DNA of 38,571 bases from Lophium mytilinum. Lineage: Eukaryota. The notes beneath the pieces are model-generated. The model saw only the letters and a program-made list of their open reading frames with translations, was not told where the DNA came from and did no database searches. The stretch lies in NCBI GenBank assembly GCA_010093605.1, contig MU004188.1, forward strand, positions 24,182 to 62,752, written 5' to 3'. Made by a program: the position numbers and the translations under genes. Shown in pieces: positions 14,301 to 26,189 of this stretch (within the stretch, counting starts at the first letter, position 1; the number at the start of each line of letters is the position of its first letter).

Positions 14301-16400
14301 TATAATATAGTATATATAGTAAGCCCTAGTAATACTACTACCTTAAGTAAATATTACTATTTATTATAATAAGGCGGGGTTTCTAATAGTTATAAATATA
14401 TAGGGCCTTTATTACTTCTTTAAGGTTATCTAGCTAATAGGCTTTATTAGTTATTAGAAGGCGGAGTATACTTTATATTATAAGATCTACCGCGGTTAAT
14501 ATAGTAAAGGGGATAATATTCTTTATATTAATAGTAGTAGCCCTTATATTAGCCTCTATATCTTAGGCATATTTAATACTATCTAGATTAGTATACTTAT
14601 TCTTATTTAGATCTATAGCGCATATATTTAGGTGCTATTTAATAGTATATATAAAATCTTCTACTATCTATCTAATTACCTAATATATATTATATTAAAA
14701 CTTTAATAAGTTCCAGTTAATTATTACTCTAGTGCGCTTAGCATGCGTAATTACTAACTTAAGCTTCTATTTTATAGTACTAGTAATATACTTAGTACTA
14801 GTAATATTAATATTATCTTTCTTCTTATTAACTAGGTTTATAGTAATTTTCTCTTTAGATAACCCCTAGATAGGGTTATCTATATTAACCTCTATATTAA
14901 TAGCCGCAAGTTCCTTCTTAGTAAAATAAGAGGGCGACTACTAATAGGGAGGCCTAGAAGGGCCTTAATAGAAAGGCTTTCTATTAATATTCTTACTACT
15001 ATAAGTAATAGTTTTAGCCGGGGTCTTAGGTACTAGTGCTAGACTAAGCTTTATTTTTTAAAGAATATTCTATATCTTAATTTAGTTCTTAATATAGACA
15101 GTTCTACTAGCTTAAGACAGGCTACTTTTAAATTCTATATTTTTCTTTAATTTAAAGAAGATTCTAAGCGCTTTATTATTAGTAATATTAGCACAGTTAT
15201 ATAAAAACCTACTAAACCGCTTCCAGTAGTAATTAAAGCATTAACTAATAAATTAAGCTACCTAATCTACGGGTTTATAGTTATCTATCTTAGGCTAAGA
15301 AGTAGTATATTACTATAGATTATATAACTTACTAGTCTTAAAAGTATTTAGAATAGTAGTAAAACTAGCCTCTTAATTTTAACTATATATAGCGCGCTTT
15401 AGGTCTAAATACCTATTCTTATACTTATTTTAAATTACTTAAAAATTAGGCTTAGCTAGAATTACTTTAAGTTCTACTTTTATTTAACTATAAAGCTTAG
15501 CTAACTTTATTCTACTAGTATATAGCGTATTTACTAAGGCCTATAACTTCTCTAACTTTTTATCTTTTCTACTACTAGTAACTAGCGCTTAAAGCTTTTC
15601 TTACTCTTTATTAAAGTTCTTAGAAATATTAGAGTTATTACTATAGTTATTACTATCTAGATAAACTACTTTACTATTTACTAATATAAGCGTCTCTAGA
15701 TCTATTATAGTGGCCGGCTAATTACGCTTTAAATTAATATAGGTATTAACCCCTAATTTAGTAACTAGTAGAGAGGTAGAATTTAGATCTTCTAGCACTT
15801 TAGAAGAAGTAGATTATTTCTTATAGCTATTTACTAGGTTAGTTATAGGTAATATATATAGGAATGTAATCTTTACTACTACCTTACTAGGGTCCCTATT
15901 ACTTAAGGTATTTATAGCTAGCCTATTAATATATTAGCTTATCTTAAATAATAGAAGAAAGAAGGTAGATAAAGAGCCCTAGTAGAAAGGCTTTCTACTA
16001 AGACCCTATATACTATGCCGGGTATTTTTAGTATTATTATTTTCTTAATATTTTCTACCGCCGCATCTTTAAAATTAAGGTAGACTAATCTACTAAGACT
16101 AGTAAAGGGCTCTAGTAGAAAGCCTTTCTATAATAATCCTTATAATATACTTACCTTACTCTACTCTTAGAGAAATTGCAATAGAATAAACCTATTAGTA
16201 GAATTAGCTATAATATAACTTAATTTTACCTGCTAGATAGTAAACTTACTAAAAGGCTTAACCGCTAGCTAAAAGAACGCCTAAAACTAGCTAATTACGG
16301 CTCTAATATAGCTAGAAAGCTGCTAACTATTATCTAGCAAGTAAGAAACTAGCGTGCAACTATTCCGCAGGTAGCTAGATAAGTAGAAGTAATAGAGGTG
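11300..16400 (-). pseudogene. SNF2/SWI2-family (SF2) helicase-like ATPase gene relic, multi-exon
   Basis: Minus-strand motifs in the expected order (observed, then de-RIPed): SRALIIDKISIRKT = GGALIADExGIGKT (motif I, about 14245-14285); IDKC*LIK = VDECQLIK (II, 13689-13712); YSRTP = YSGTP (III, about 13613-13628); FNNPNSKVKILI and RARLNL*S = GAGLNLQS (V, about 12470-12552); FNP...*VIARLYRIS*K = QVIARLxRIGQK (VI, about 12385-12452). Outer boundaries approximate. Confidence 0.85.
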
Positions 16401-16684
16401 CGGTAGTATAGAAAAAGAGGTTAGTATAGAAGTAAGAAAGTTAAAGCTGCTAGGCAGTAGATAAGTTTATAGGCGGCCGGGCTAATAGCCGCCGGCTACT
16501 AAGATACTAAGCCTTTAATAGTAAACTACTTAAGTTAACTCTTAAGATTAATATAATAGCTATATATTATATAAGGTTAAAATATCGCAGGTATAAATAT
16601 ATTAGTGTTTTACTTAATTTTACTAATATATAAATATTTATAGTTAATCTATAATACTATACTATATATTACCTAGTTCTAGTA

Positions 16685-16694
16685 NNNNNNNNNN
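16685..16694. other. Assembly gap with duplicated flanks
   Basis: 10 N; 16638-16684 is repeated exactly at 16695-16741. Confidence 0.9.
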
Positions 16695-16989
16695 TTATAG
16701 TTAATCTATAATACTATACTATATATTACCTAGTTCTAGTAATATAGTACTACGCTAAGATAGGTTAATAGAATATTGCGCGTTATTATATAACTATTTA
16801 TTTATAGTATAAGAGTTTTACTAGAAAGCTTTTCTACTAGAGCTCTTTACTACTTATATTAAGTATACCTATTATTACCTCTCTTCTTATATATATTACT
16901 GCTATATACCTACTAGATAAGAATTTGCGTACTATATAAGAGCCTAGCTAGAAGCCTTTCTACTAACGCTCTTTATATTTTATACTAAA

Positions 16990-18761
16990 TACTTTACTAT
17001 CTTTCTTATTAATAATTCTTCTTTATAACGCCGCCCCTACTAGTCTACCTATTAATACTTAAATCTATATACTCCTTAAAACTCTTCTACTTAAGCCTTA
17101 TTCTTCTAGGCCTCTTACTCTAAGTTCTTTAAGTTTTCTATTTCTAAGCTATAGTTACCTAAACTCTCTTTATACTTATACTCTTTATCTAATAACTAAC
17201 TACTTATATCCCCCTCTTACTTCTTCTATATTACTAAATAATTCCGGAATTCTTTAATTATTAGAATCCTGCCTAAATAAGCCCTTAGGCTATTTAGTAT
17301 ATAGTACTTAAATCTAAGCTAGATATATTTTAGATTAACTTAACCCCTAGGGCCTATAATATTATCCTCTATTATTATTATCTTTAACTTTCCTAGGCTT
17401 TCCTAGGTTATATTCTATACTTCCTTTGCAACTATATCTATACTAAGGTTAACTACCCCCCCTTAAGCCTATTCTTTAATATATTAGCTTAGTTAGGCTA
17501 CCTTATAGTAGTAGTTATTTAGTAGTTATATATAGATCTACTATATATTTATAATTATATCTCTTCCTCTAATATTATCTTATATATCTTTAGAGTTATT
17601 TTATTTAGCTTAATGCGTGGTTAAAATTTTATTATTATTATATCTTAGAAGAACCTAGAGTAATAAGGCGGCTCTTACTTATAGATTATTAAGGAATTAT
17701 TCTACTATTTTTAGTAACGCTTTATTTCTAATTATTATATTTAATCTTTACAATTTTATATAGAAGGGACTATTATTCTATTTTTAAGTTTCTATAGCTA
17801 GATCTATAATATTAAATAGCGGCTAGACTTAATTAATCTAGCGTCTAGTTAAGTATATTAGATAATTTATATTACTATTTCTAGCTATATTCTATATACA
17901 GGCGTAGCTTACTATAAGTTCTAACTTTATATATAGCCTTATAAGTATATTAAAATAAAGCGCAACTATAGATCTATATAGAATACTCTTAAGAAATTAG
18001 TTATATAGTTCTTTACTCTTCTATTATATCTTAGTATTTCTATCTTCTTCTATATACTATCTACTTAGAAGCTTATATATATTAGTATAGTATACCTTAA
18101 TAATAAGCGCAGCTACCTTACCTATCTATAGCGGTGCCGATTACTAATCTTTTTATACTTTAGTTCTATTTTTATATTAAATAGCTAGTATATACTATGC
18201 TATAATACTATACTATAGATACTATATCTCTATATTCTTCTTAGTAAGAGATACCTAGATCTAAGCTTTAGTAAATATAGCTTAGAATTAATTCCTAAGG
18301 CCGGCTTACAGTTAATTAACGCCTTAAGAACTAAGTTATAGAGGCGTTATTATCTAATCTAAGTACTCTAACTTTAGCTAAGCTATACTATACTTCTTAA
18401 GGGAGTCTAATAATCTAAGGCTATATAAGGTTATAGAATTCTAGGGGTCTTTTTAATTTATCTACTCTTTTTTCTATAGTATAGATAATTAAGTAGAATT
18501 ACTATATCTAGTAGTAATTTATATAAGGTAAATATAAAGAGATGCTAAATAACTATTTACTAGCTATTTATCTAGTATTACTATATGCCTAGTATTACGC
18601 CCGGGGGTAACCTAAAGAGATAGTACCTAGAAAAGAAATATCTAGTAATTAAGGTTTATAATAGTAAAGGTATTAACTTCTTCTATAGAAAGAACCTAGT
18701 AGGGGTAATAAGACTTACTACTATTATCCGGCCTATTCTTTATAGTAAATTTAGAACTTAC
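16990..18761 (-). pseudogene. Unidentified ORF relic of the host element, interrupted by element B (5' part continues at 35350-35573)
   Basis: One minus-strand frame reads as protein for about 1.6 kb if TAG/TAA are restored to Gln/Trp; candidate intron GTAAGT...TTTCTAG at about 18628-18717; TSD links it to 35350. Confidence 0.5.
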
Positions 18762-19004
18762 TATAATAGATTACGCCCTATTTTCCGGTTATATATTTAC
18801 CTATTACTAGCCTTCTACCTCTATACCTATTATATTACCTTGCGCCGCCTACGCGCTAGCCCGCCTAGCGCCTACACGCCTCTCTTCTCTACATATATAG
18901 TTTCTATCTAGAAGCCTCTCTTTCTACTCCTTACACAACCTCTTAAAATTAACCTACCTAGTTACTTTATATATACTAAGCTCCTCTATACTATAACTAT
19001 AATA
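18762..19004 (+). repeat. 5' LTR of element B
   Basis: Direct repeat of 35107-35349; TATATA at 18894-18899. Confidence 0.95.
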
Positions 19005-19015
19005 TTAGGTTGTAT
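19005..19015 (+). other. Primer-binding position of B (non-tRNA type, probable self-priming)
   Basis: TTAGGTTGTAT directly follows the LTR; AGGTTGT(A/G)T is complementary to ACACAACCT at 18933-18941 within the LTR. Confidence 0.6.
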
Positions 19016-19429
19016 TAATACTCTAACTAGCACTAATTCTTTTTTACTATTACTACTTTAACCCTCGTACCTTAATCCTTATTTACTAAGCTATCTAATA
19101 GCTTAGTAAGGCGTACCTATATAAACTATATATATAATACTAAAGGGTATATAGCTATACTATCTTACCTTACTAAGCGCTATTACTATATTCTTTATAA
19201 TAAGTAATCTACTACCTCTACTAGGCGCTCTACTAGGCGCTAGAGCCTCTACTAATAACCTAGGACCTAGATATTCTAGGCGCAGTAGCTTATAACTATT
19301 CTTCTACTTTCTACTATTTTATATATAGTCCCGCGCACCCTTTAAGTCTTCTTATAAGACTTTAAAGAGCGCGCCCCTTTAAAAGCTAACTAAGAGAGAC
19401 ACCTAATAGTCTACCTAAATAATATACGC

Positions 19430-21689
19430 AGATAATACTTAGCAGGCTACTTAGAAGAAAGAGAATTAAGTTACCTAAGAGAACTAGCTTACCTAAGATA
19501 ATAACGCTACTAAAGATAATAATATTAATAATTCTATATATACCCCGGACCTAATAATCTACAGCTCTATTACTAAGTATTATACTTCTAGCCGGGGCCG
19601 TAACCGGGGTACGTTCCTTAACGCTATTAATAATATTACTAAATTCCTGGATTATTTACTCCTGCCCGGTAATAACTAGTTTAATAGTTTAATTAAGATC
19701 GCGGACTCTTAGGACTTCCTTACTTAAGTCTAAGCTAACTCTATCTACTTCTTCTATATTCTTAGGAGCTATTAAGCTATAACTAAGATTCTCTAGCAGA
19801 CATGTAAGGATAACTAGAAAGCGCAGCGCAAACTCTAAGATAAAATTAGAGTTCTTAAAGATAAATATAATAAAAAGGATAATAACTTAAAAGCCGCGTA
19901 TAAGAAACTTAAACGCTTACTTAATATTAAAACTAAACTTAGTAAATATAAAAATAAACTTTGTATTTATAAGGATATAATTACTTCTCTTAACGCGGAC
20001 GTTAAGGCCTAGTAGAAAAACTACCTCTAAGCTAATAAGTAATCTATAGAGCGAGGAAAAATTATAGAACGCCTTATAGCTAACCTTACTTAAGTAGCTA
20101 AAAATAAGTATAAATATAATACGCGCCTTACTACTTTAGAGAATAAAATTAAAATACTATAGATACTTTAGCGTACTTTTATACCTGCGCCTACTATAGC
20201 CCCTTCTATAATAGTACCCCTAGTGGCACGCTATTCTATTATACCTCTACTACTAGTTAACTCTATTACTATAGTAGCTAAAGATCTACTCGCCTCCCTT
20301 AATAGAGTAATCTATTTAGAAGAAGCATAAGCTAATAATAGCCCCTTAGTAGACTATAATACTAATTAACCTTACTGCACTATAGAGCACGTAAGTAATA
20401 ATTAAGCTTACTGCACCTTAGACTACGTACGGGGCCGCTATAACCCTAGCCCGCCCTTATTTAATAACGGAAGCCCCCCTTATCGCCGCAATTACACGCG
20501 TAGTCTATCTTATTATTATAATTACTTCTGTAAGTATTACTCTTATTAACGCTTACGCTTACGCTTATAATTATATTTATAATACGTAAGCTATTACTAT
20601 TACTAGAACCCCTATATTAAGACGTCTAAAGATTATTAAAACCTTAGTATAGCTCTAAATAGAGTTTCTTATATAGAAGATAAGTTCTAGCCCTATCTAG
20701 ATAAGTTTAGAGGTAATAAAGATAAGTACCCTAAGTTCTATTAGGGATTTCTAAATAAGGTTAACTATAGTAGCTACACTATAAGGTCTAGCAAGCCCCT
20801 ACGTCTTATATATCTTAGTAAATAACTTACTAGTATACCTTTAAAAGGCTTCCGTGCCTAATAAGATAGCTACTAGCCCTTTCTTACTATCTAGAAAGCT
20901 ATTACATCCTTAGACTTCTAATATAATAACTCTAATAAGATTAGTACTACTAAGAATAAGCTTTATAAGCTTATCTAGACTAATAGTATAACCCCTAATT
21001 ATATATAGAAGCTAATAAAGTTATATATAATCTATCTTCTAGGCTATAGGGGCTATAATAACGTCTATAACCTTAAGTAGAAACTCCGCCTAGATATTAT
21101 TACCGGCGCTATTTTAGGTAAAGGCTTTACTACTAGCCTATAGTATATTAACGCCGCACGTAAATAGCTCTGCAATAATAGTATTAATAAGAACGCGCAA
21201 TCTAATAACTGCAGCTTTAGTAATTTTAACCGCAACTAGCCCTAAGGCTTTAATCGCAATAGTCGCAACTATAATAACTATAATTACTGCAACTATAATT
21301 ATAACTATAACTGCAACTATACTCTATACCCTCTAACCGCCGCTGCTATCTCTATAACCTAAGAGGATATTAAGATTACCTCTCCCTCTAACTAGGCACC
21401 CCCTAATAAACTCTATAAAGGCGATAAAGAAGCGCTTATAAAGAATAGTAAGTGCTTTTACTGCCGCCTTTCTAAATACTTTACCTAAAACCTATATTAC
21501 CCTATAAACTAACTTAATAAACTAGGCTTTACTACTTATTAGATAAATCTAGCACCCCGTCTTAATAATTATGCTGCCCGCGTTAAGGAACTATTAGACG
21601 ATGATAGCTTTAATAACTATAAAACCCTTAATAATAAGCGCGGCTCTAGCCACTCTAAAGGTAAGGCTAAGAGAAAAGTAAGGTTATAG
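19430..21689 (+). pseudogene. gag: gag relic of element B
   Basis: Zinc knuckle CFYCRLSKY(H)... at 21453-21503; the frame reaches TAG at 21687-21689 just after the slippery site. Start approximate. Confidence 0.82.
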
Positions 21690-24600
21690 ACTAGAGTTGC
21701 GGTCTATAATATAATAAGAACTTAGTTATAGAGAATCTTTAGTATAGAAGGCTTATTATTTTAGTAGCCTCTCTTAGTAAAGCCTAATAGGAACTATTTT
21801 AAAATAAAGATAGAGGATTTAATATTAAGCGGGTAAATAATATAGTTCTTTTAGTAATAGTATAAACCTATAAGAAAGGACAACCCGTAGAAATAATAAA
21901 AATTAATTCTTATCTTAATTATAGAGCTACTAATTTATTTACTAGTACTAAGTTCGCGCACCTAGTAAATTTACCTTTAAAACCCCTTAAGAAAGCCTAA
22001 GTTCTTAAACTAGCTAATAGATTAGCTGTTGCCTAAAAAGTAATATATAAAGCCCTTCTTAGTATAGATATAAATAGCTATTAGAGCCGTTACTAGGCTT
22101 ATATTACTAATCTAGAAGACTATAATATTATTATAGAACTTAACTAGCTCTAAAATTATAACCTAGCTATTAACTAGAAAGTAGGCCGCCTGGACTTTAT
22201 TTACTCTTACTATAAACTATACTAGAACTATGTATACTATTTTAACTATAACTCTATTACTATCTAGGTAAATAGTATGCGTTTTTATAATATACCTAAT
22301 AATTACTATAACCTTATAGACTAGAAACCTATTAGCGTAGACGCCTATATATAAATAGCCGCTATCTCTAAGCGTAAAGAATAGAAGCTTAAATAGATTT
22401 CTTATTATATTATTAAAACTTTAGAAAATAAGAATAAGGACTTTATTATTACTTATAACGGCTTGTAAGTTATTACCTTCTATATAGGCGATAATATTCT
22501 ACTTAAAGCCTATAAAATTACTACTAAAGATATTAAAAAGTTTATGCGCGCTAAAAAGTACCTCTCCTATAATAAGATAGTTTAATAACTATTTAAATAA
22601 CTACGCCGCTATATCTATATCTTTAACTAAGTAGAAGTAAATATACTTTCTTCTTATTAACTAGGCGTTAATTATAAAATTAATCTTGTTTCTAGCGCTA
22701 GTAAACTATCTAAAGCCCGTCCTTATGCTATATCTAAGGAAGAGCTTAAAGTTATTAAGAAATAGATTAATAATAACCTTAATAAAGAGTTTATTTATAA
22801 ATTATAATCCTCTACGTTCTCTCCCGTACTTCTTATCTAAAAACCGGGCGGTGGAGTCTAATTCTATATTAACTACAGAGCCGTTAATATAATAATAGTT
22901 AAAACTTAATACCTATTACTACTAGTCTAAAAGACTCTCTAAAAGCTTAGTAACACTAAATAGTACTCTAAGCTTAATATTATTTCCGCCTTTAACTATA
23001 TTTAAATGCGCGAAGGCAATAAAGGCCTAATAGCCTTCTCTACCTAATAGAGTTAATATAAATTGCTTGTTATGCTATTTAGTATTACTAGGGGCCCTAG
23101 ACGTTTTTAGTTCTATATTAATTAAACACTACATAACTACCTTAATAACTTCTATTCTATCTATATAAATAATGTCTTAGTCTATATAAATAGTATAAAA
23201 GAATAATATAAGAAGCATATTACTAAAGTCTTTAAACAACTTAATAAAGCTAGCCTTAACTATAATTTTACTAAGTGCAAATTTAATAAGATAGAAATTA
23301 AGTATCTAGGACTTATTATTATAATAGGCGGCGTCTGCATAGACTCTAAGAAAGTTGCCGCTATTATTAACTAGAAAATACTAATGTGCCTACGCGACGT
23401 ATAAGCCTTCTTAGAATTTACTAACTTCTACTAACGCTTTATATACGCGTTCTCTTAGATTATTAATCTACTTATATCTATAATAAAGACTATAGATAGT
23501 AAAAAGACTAAACTTAAGGTATAGTTTACTTAGAACGCGGAATGCAACTAAGCTTTCTAAGTACTTAAGATAGTATTTACTACTATATCTATTCTACGCT
23601 ACTTCTAATATAGTAAGAAGGTCTATATTAAAATAGACGCTTCTAACTATATTATTACTAGCGTTATATCTTAAGTAGGGGAGGACGGTCTACTCTACTC
23701 TATTGCCTTCTTCTTATCTAAAATAAGCCCCTAGGAATATAACTATAAAATCTATAATAAGGAGCTACTTGCTATAGTTAAGGCTTTTAAAGAATAGTAT
23801 CTAGAACTAGTAAGCGCTAATCTAGATAACCCTATAGATATACTTATAGATTACTATAATCTAGAGTACTTTATATCTACTAAGTACCTTAATTATTGCT
23901 AAGCCCGCTAGGCTAGTTTTCTAGCCGGATTTAACTTTAAAATTATCTACTAACTAGGCGTTCTTAGAGGAAAACTAGATAGCCTAATAAGAAGATTATA
24001 AGACCTGCCTACTAATCTAGATAACCCCTGTAATTAGTTTTAGCACTAAATAGTCCTTAAGTCTTATAACTTAGGGCTAGGAGTAGCATCTTATTTACTA
24101 GATATTTAAATAAGCTTACCTAATAATAGCCTAGGCCGCACGCTAAACCTAATTAGGCTACTGCCTTGCTATAAAGAGTTAGACCTATTAATAACTATAG
24201 AGTTACTACTATTAAAGATATACTCTTAATTTCTTCTTACACCTATATAGTTATGTAGCTACACGCGCAATAATAATATTAACTCTAACCCTAACTCTAA
24301 CCCTAACTCTAACCCTAACTTTAACCCTTACCTTAAACCTAATCCTTCTCTTGCAATTAAACTACTCTAGGTAAATAATAATAACCTCTATATAGACCCT
24401 AACCTAATCCGTTAGTATATACTTACTAAACTATTTAATAAAGGCTACTTTAGCCCGCTATAAAACTTACTAGAGCCGCCCTTTAACTCTATACTTTATA
24501 AACTTATTACCCTTATATATAATAGTGCGCGCGCACTACTCTAACCTTTATATAATATTATTAGCAATCTTAATATCTTAGAATTTAAAGTCCGCTGTAA

Positions 24601-25984
24601 TTAATTATACTACTATAGCTAATTATATATACCCGCGTATAATAACTTACGCCTTAAGCTTTTATAGCTTACCTATAATACTACTATTAGTAGATACCTA
24701 GAAAAGTATAGTATATATAAACTTATCTAACGTTACTACTTCTAGCTAGGCATACGTAATTTAGTTAAGAACTATACTAGCGCCTGCTATAGCTATAAAC
24801 AGTTAAAAGCCTTCTAAGATAAGAAATAAGGTCTTCTACGTTTACTTAATATACTAGAATAGCGCTAGACTAATATTACTATAGATTTTATTATAGAGCT
24901 CCCTCTCTATAAGTATAATAGCTAAGTCTATACTAAGATTCTTATTATTATCTACTGCGTAAGTAAAGAACATTATTATATTTCTATAAGCGGCACCTCC
25001 GTTAATAATATTATTAATACCTTTCTCCGCAAGATCTACCGCCTCTACGGCCTTTCTTATATTATTATTAGCAATTATAATCTATAATTTATTTTAGACA
25101 TTTAGAAATATATTTATAAGCGTATTAGCGTCTATTAAAATATCTCTATAGCAGCCTACTCTAAAACTAATAGATAAATAGAAAACGTAAACGCTGTTAT
25201 AAAGGCCTACCTTAGGTAATTTATTAATTACTGCTAGAATAACTAGGTTAACTACTTACCTATTAGTAAGTTCTTAGTAAATAACTAAGTTAATACTTCT
25301 ACTACTATAACGCTGTTCTTTATTAATAAGGGTTTTTACCTGCGTTCTAGACTTAAGCCTCCACCGGGCGTAATAAATAATATTGCTCTAGACCCTCTAC
25401 CTATACCCGCTCTTAGCACTAACGCTACTATTTATTGCTGTTAGCTTAAGAGTAATAAGTATATTAACTAGATAAAAGATATTCTAAATAAATATAAGGC
25501 TATAATAATATAGATATAAACTAAATAGGTAGACTATATAAACTAATATTATAACTCTCTACTAAAGCTTTAAGTTAATAACTAGGTATAGCTTAACGCC
25601 CGTAATATAAAGATAACCTGCCTAAATAAGTTACTTAATTATAAGAATCTTAGTCCTTTTTATATTATAAAGGTTATTAATAAGGGCTACGCCTTCTAAC
25701 TTAACTTTATAAATATAAGCCTTAAAGGCTTTTAAACGCACCCTATTTTCCACCTATATCTACTTTACCTAGATAGGTCCCGTCCACTGCTAGGCTAACG
25801 CTAGCTACTACTACCTCCCGTCTAGGTAATTAATCCTATTACCTCTAAATTAGTTAAATAACACGCAATTACGCGCATTATTAATAGCCGCTAGCGCGGC
25901 CGCGGGCTAAAAGAACGCCGCTACCTTAAATATAAAGAACTCTATAAAGAATACTCTATACTATAGAAATAGTAACTATAGAAA
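21671..25984 (+). pseudogene. pol: pol relic of element B (PR-RT-RH-IN and start of chromodomain)
   Basis: Protease YLNYRAT at 21911 and RT YINNVLVY at 23162 share one frame; RNase H IDASNY near 23633 and NYKIYNKELLAIV near 23741; integrase HHCC region about 24670-24800; LSPF (=LGPF) near 25649; chromodomain start HAITRIINSR near 25862. Confidence 0.94.
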
Positions 25985-26189
25985 TATAATAGATCTAGGC
26001 CTCTTTTCTAGCTATAAGCCTAGCACGTGTCTAATAGTTACGTGCTCGCTAGGAATATTATTATTCTACTACCAGCGTGCCTCTCTAGATAGATTATAAG
26101 CAGCCTTATACTCCGGCTTCTTATAGCACGTCTTATAATATAATTCTACTTTTTATTCTATATACCTCTATACCTTACTACCTATAATA
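25985..26189 (+). repeat. 5' LTR of element C
   Basis: Direct repeat of 34331-34535. Confidence 0.95.

Larger units (their letters stand above)
10102..16975. repeat. Dispersed palindrome family TAGTAGAAAG(G/C)CTTTCTACTA, about 11 copies
   Basis: Copies near 10111-10135, 11395-11420, 11853-11880, 13351-13384, 14162-14200, 14287-14301, 14958-14987, 15971-16001, 16104-16131, 16821-16848 and 16941-16974. None noticed in the retrotransposons. Confidence 0.9.

Noticed and set aside
16638..16741. 47-bp exact direct repeat
   Set aside because: It flanks a 10-N gap, which is typical of an unmerged contig overlap.
10102..16975. Palindromes as a CRISPR array or rho-independent terminators
   Set aside because: Spacing is irregular (0.1-1.5 kb), the context is eukaryotic with introns, and there are no cas-like ORFs.
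22686..22892. Supplied 68-aa ORF
   Set aside because: It lies in a different frame from the RT of B (true frame: KARPYAISKEELKVIKK*INNNLNKEFI). It is a chance stop-free stretch with a TTG start.
24281..24345. Telomere-like (CCCTAA/CTCTAA)n tract, also TTAGGG-like at about 2574-2632
   Set aside because: It sits at the same place in both copies, in the RNase H-integrase linker, and is best explained as RIPed GAC-CCT-GAC-TCT (Asp-Pro-Asp-Ser) codons.
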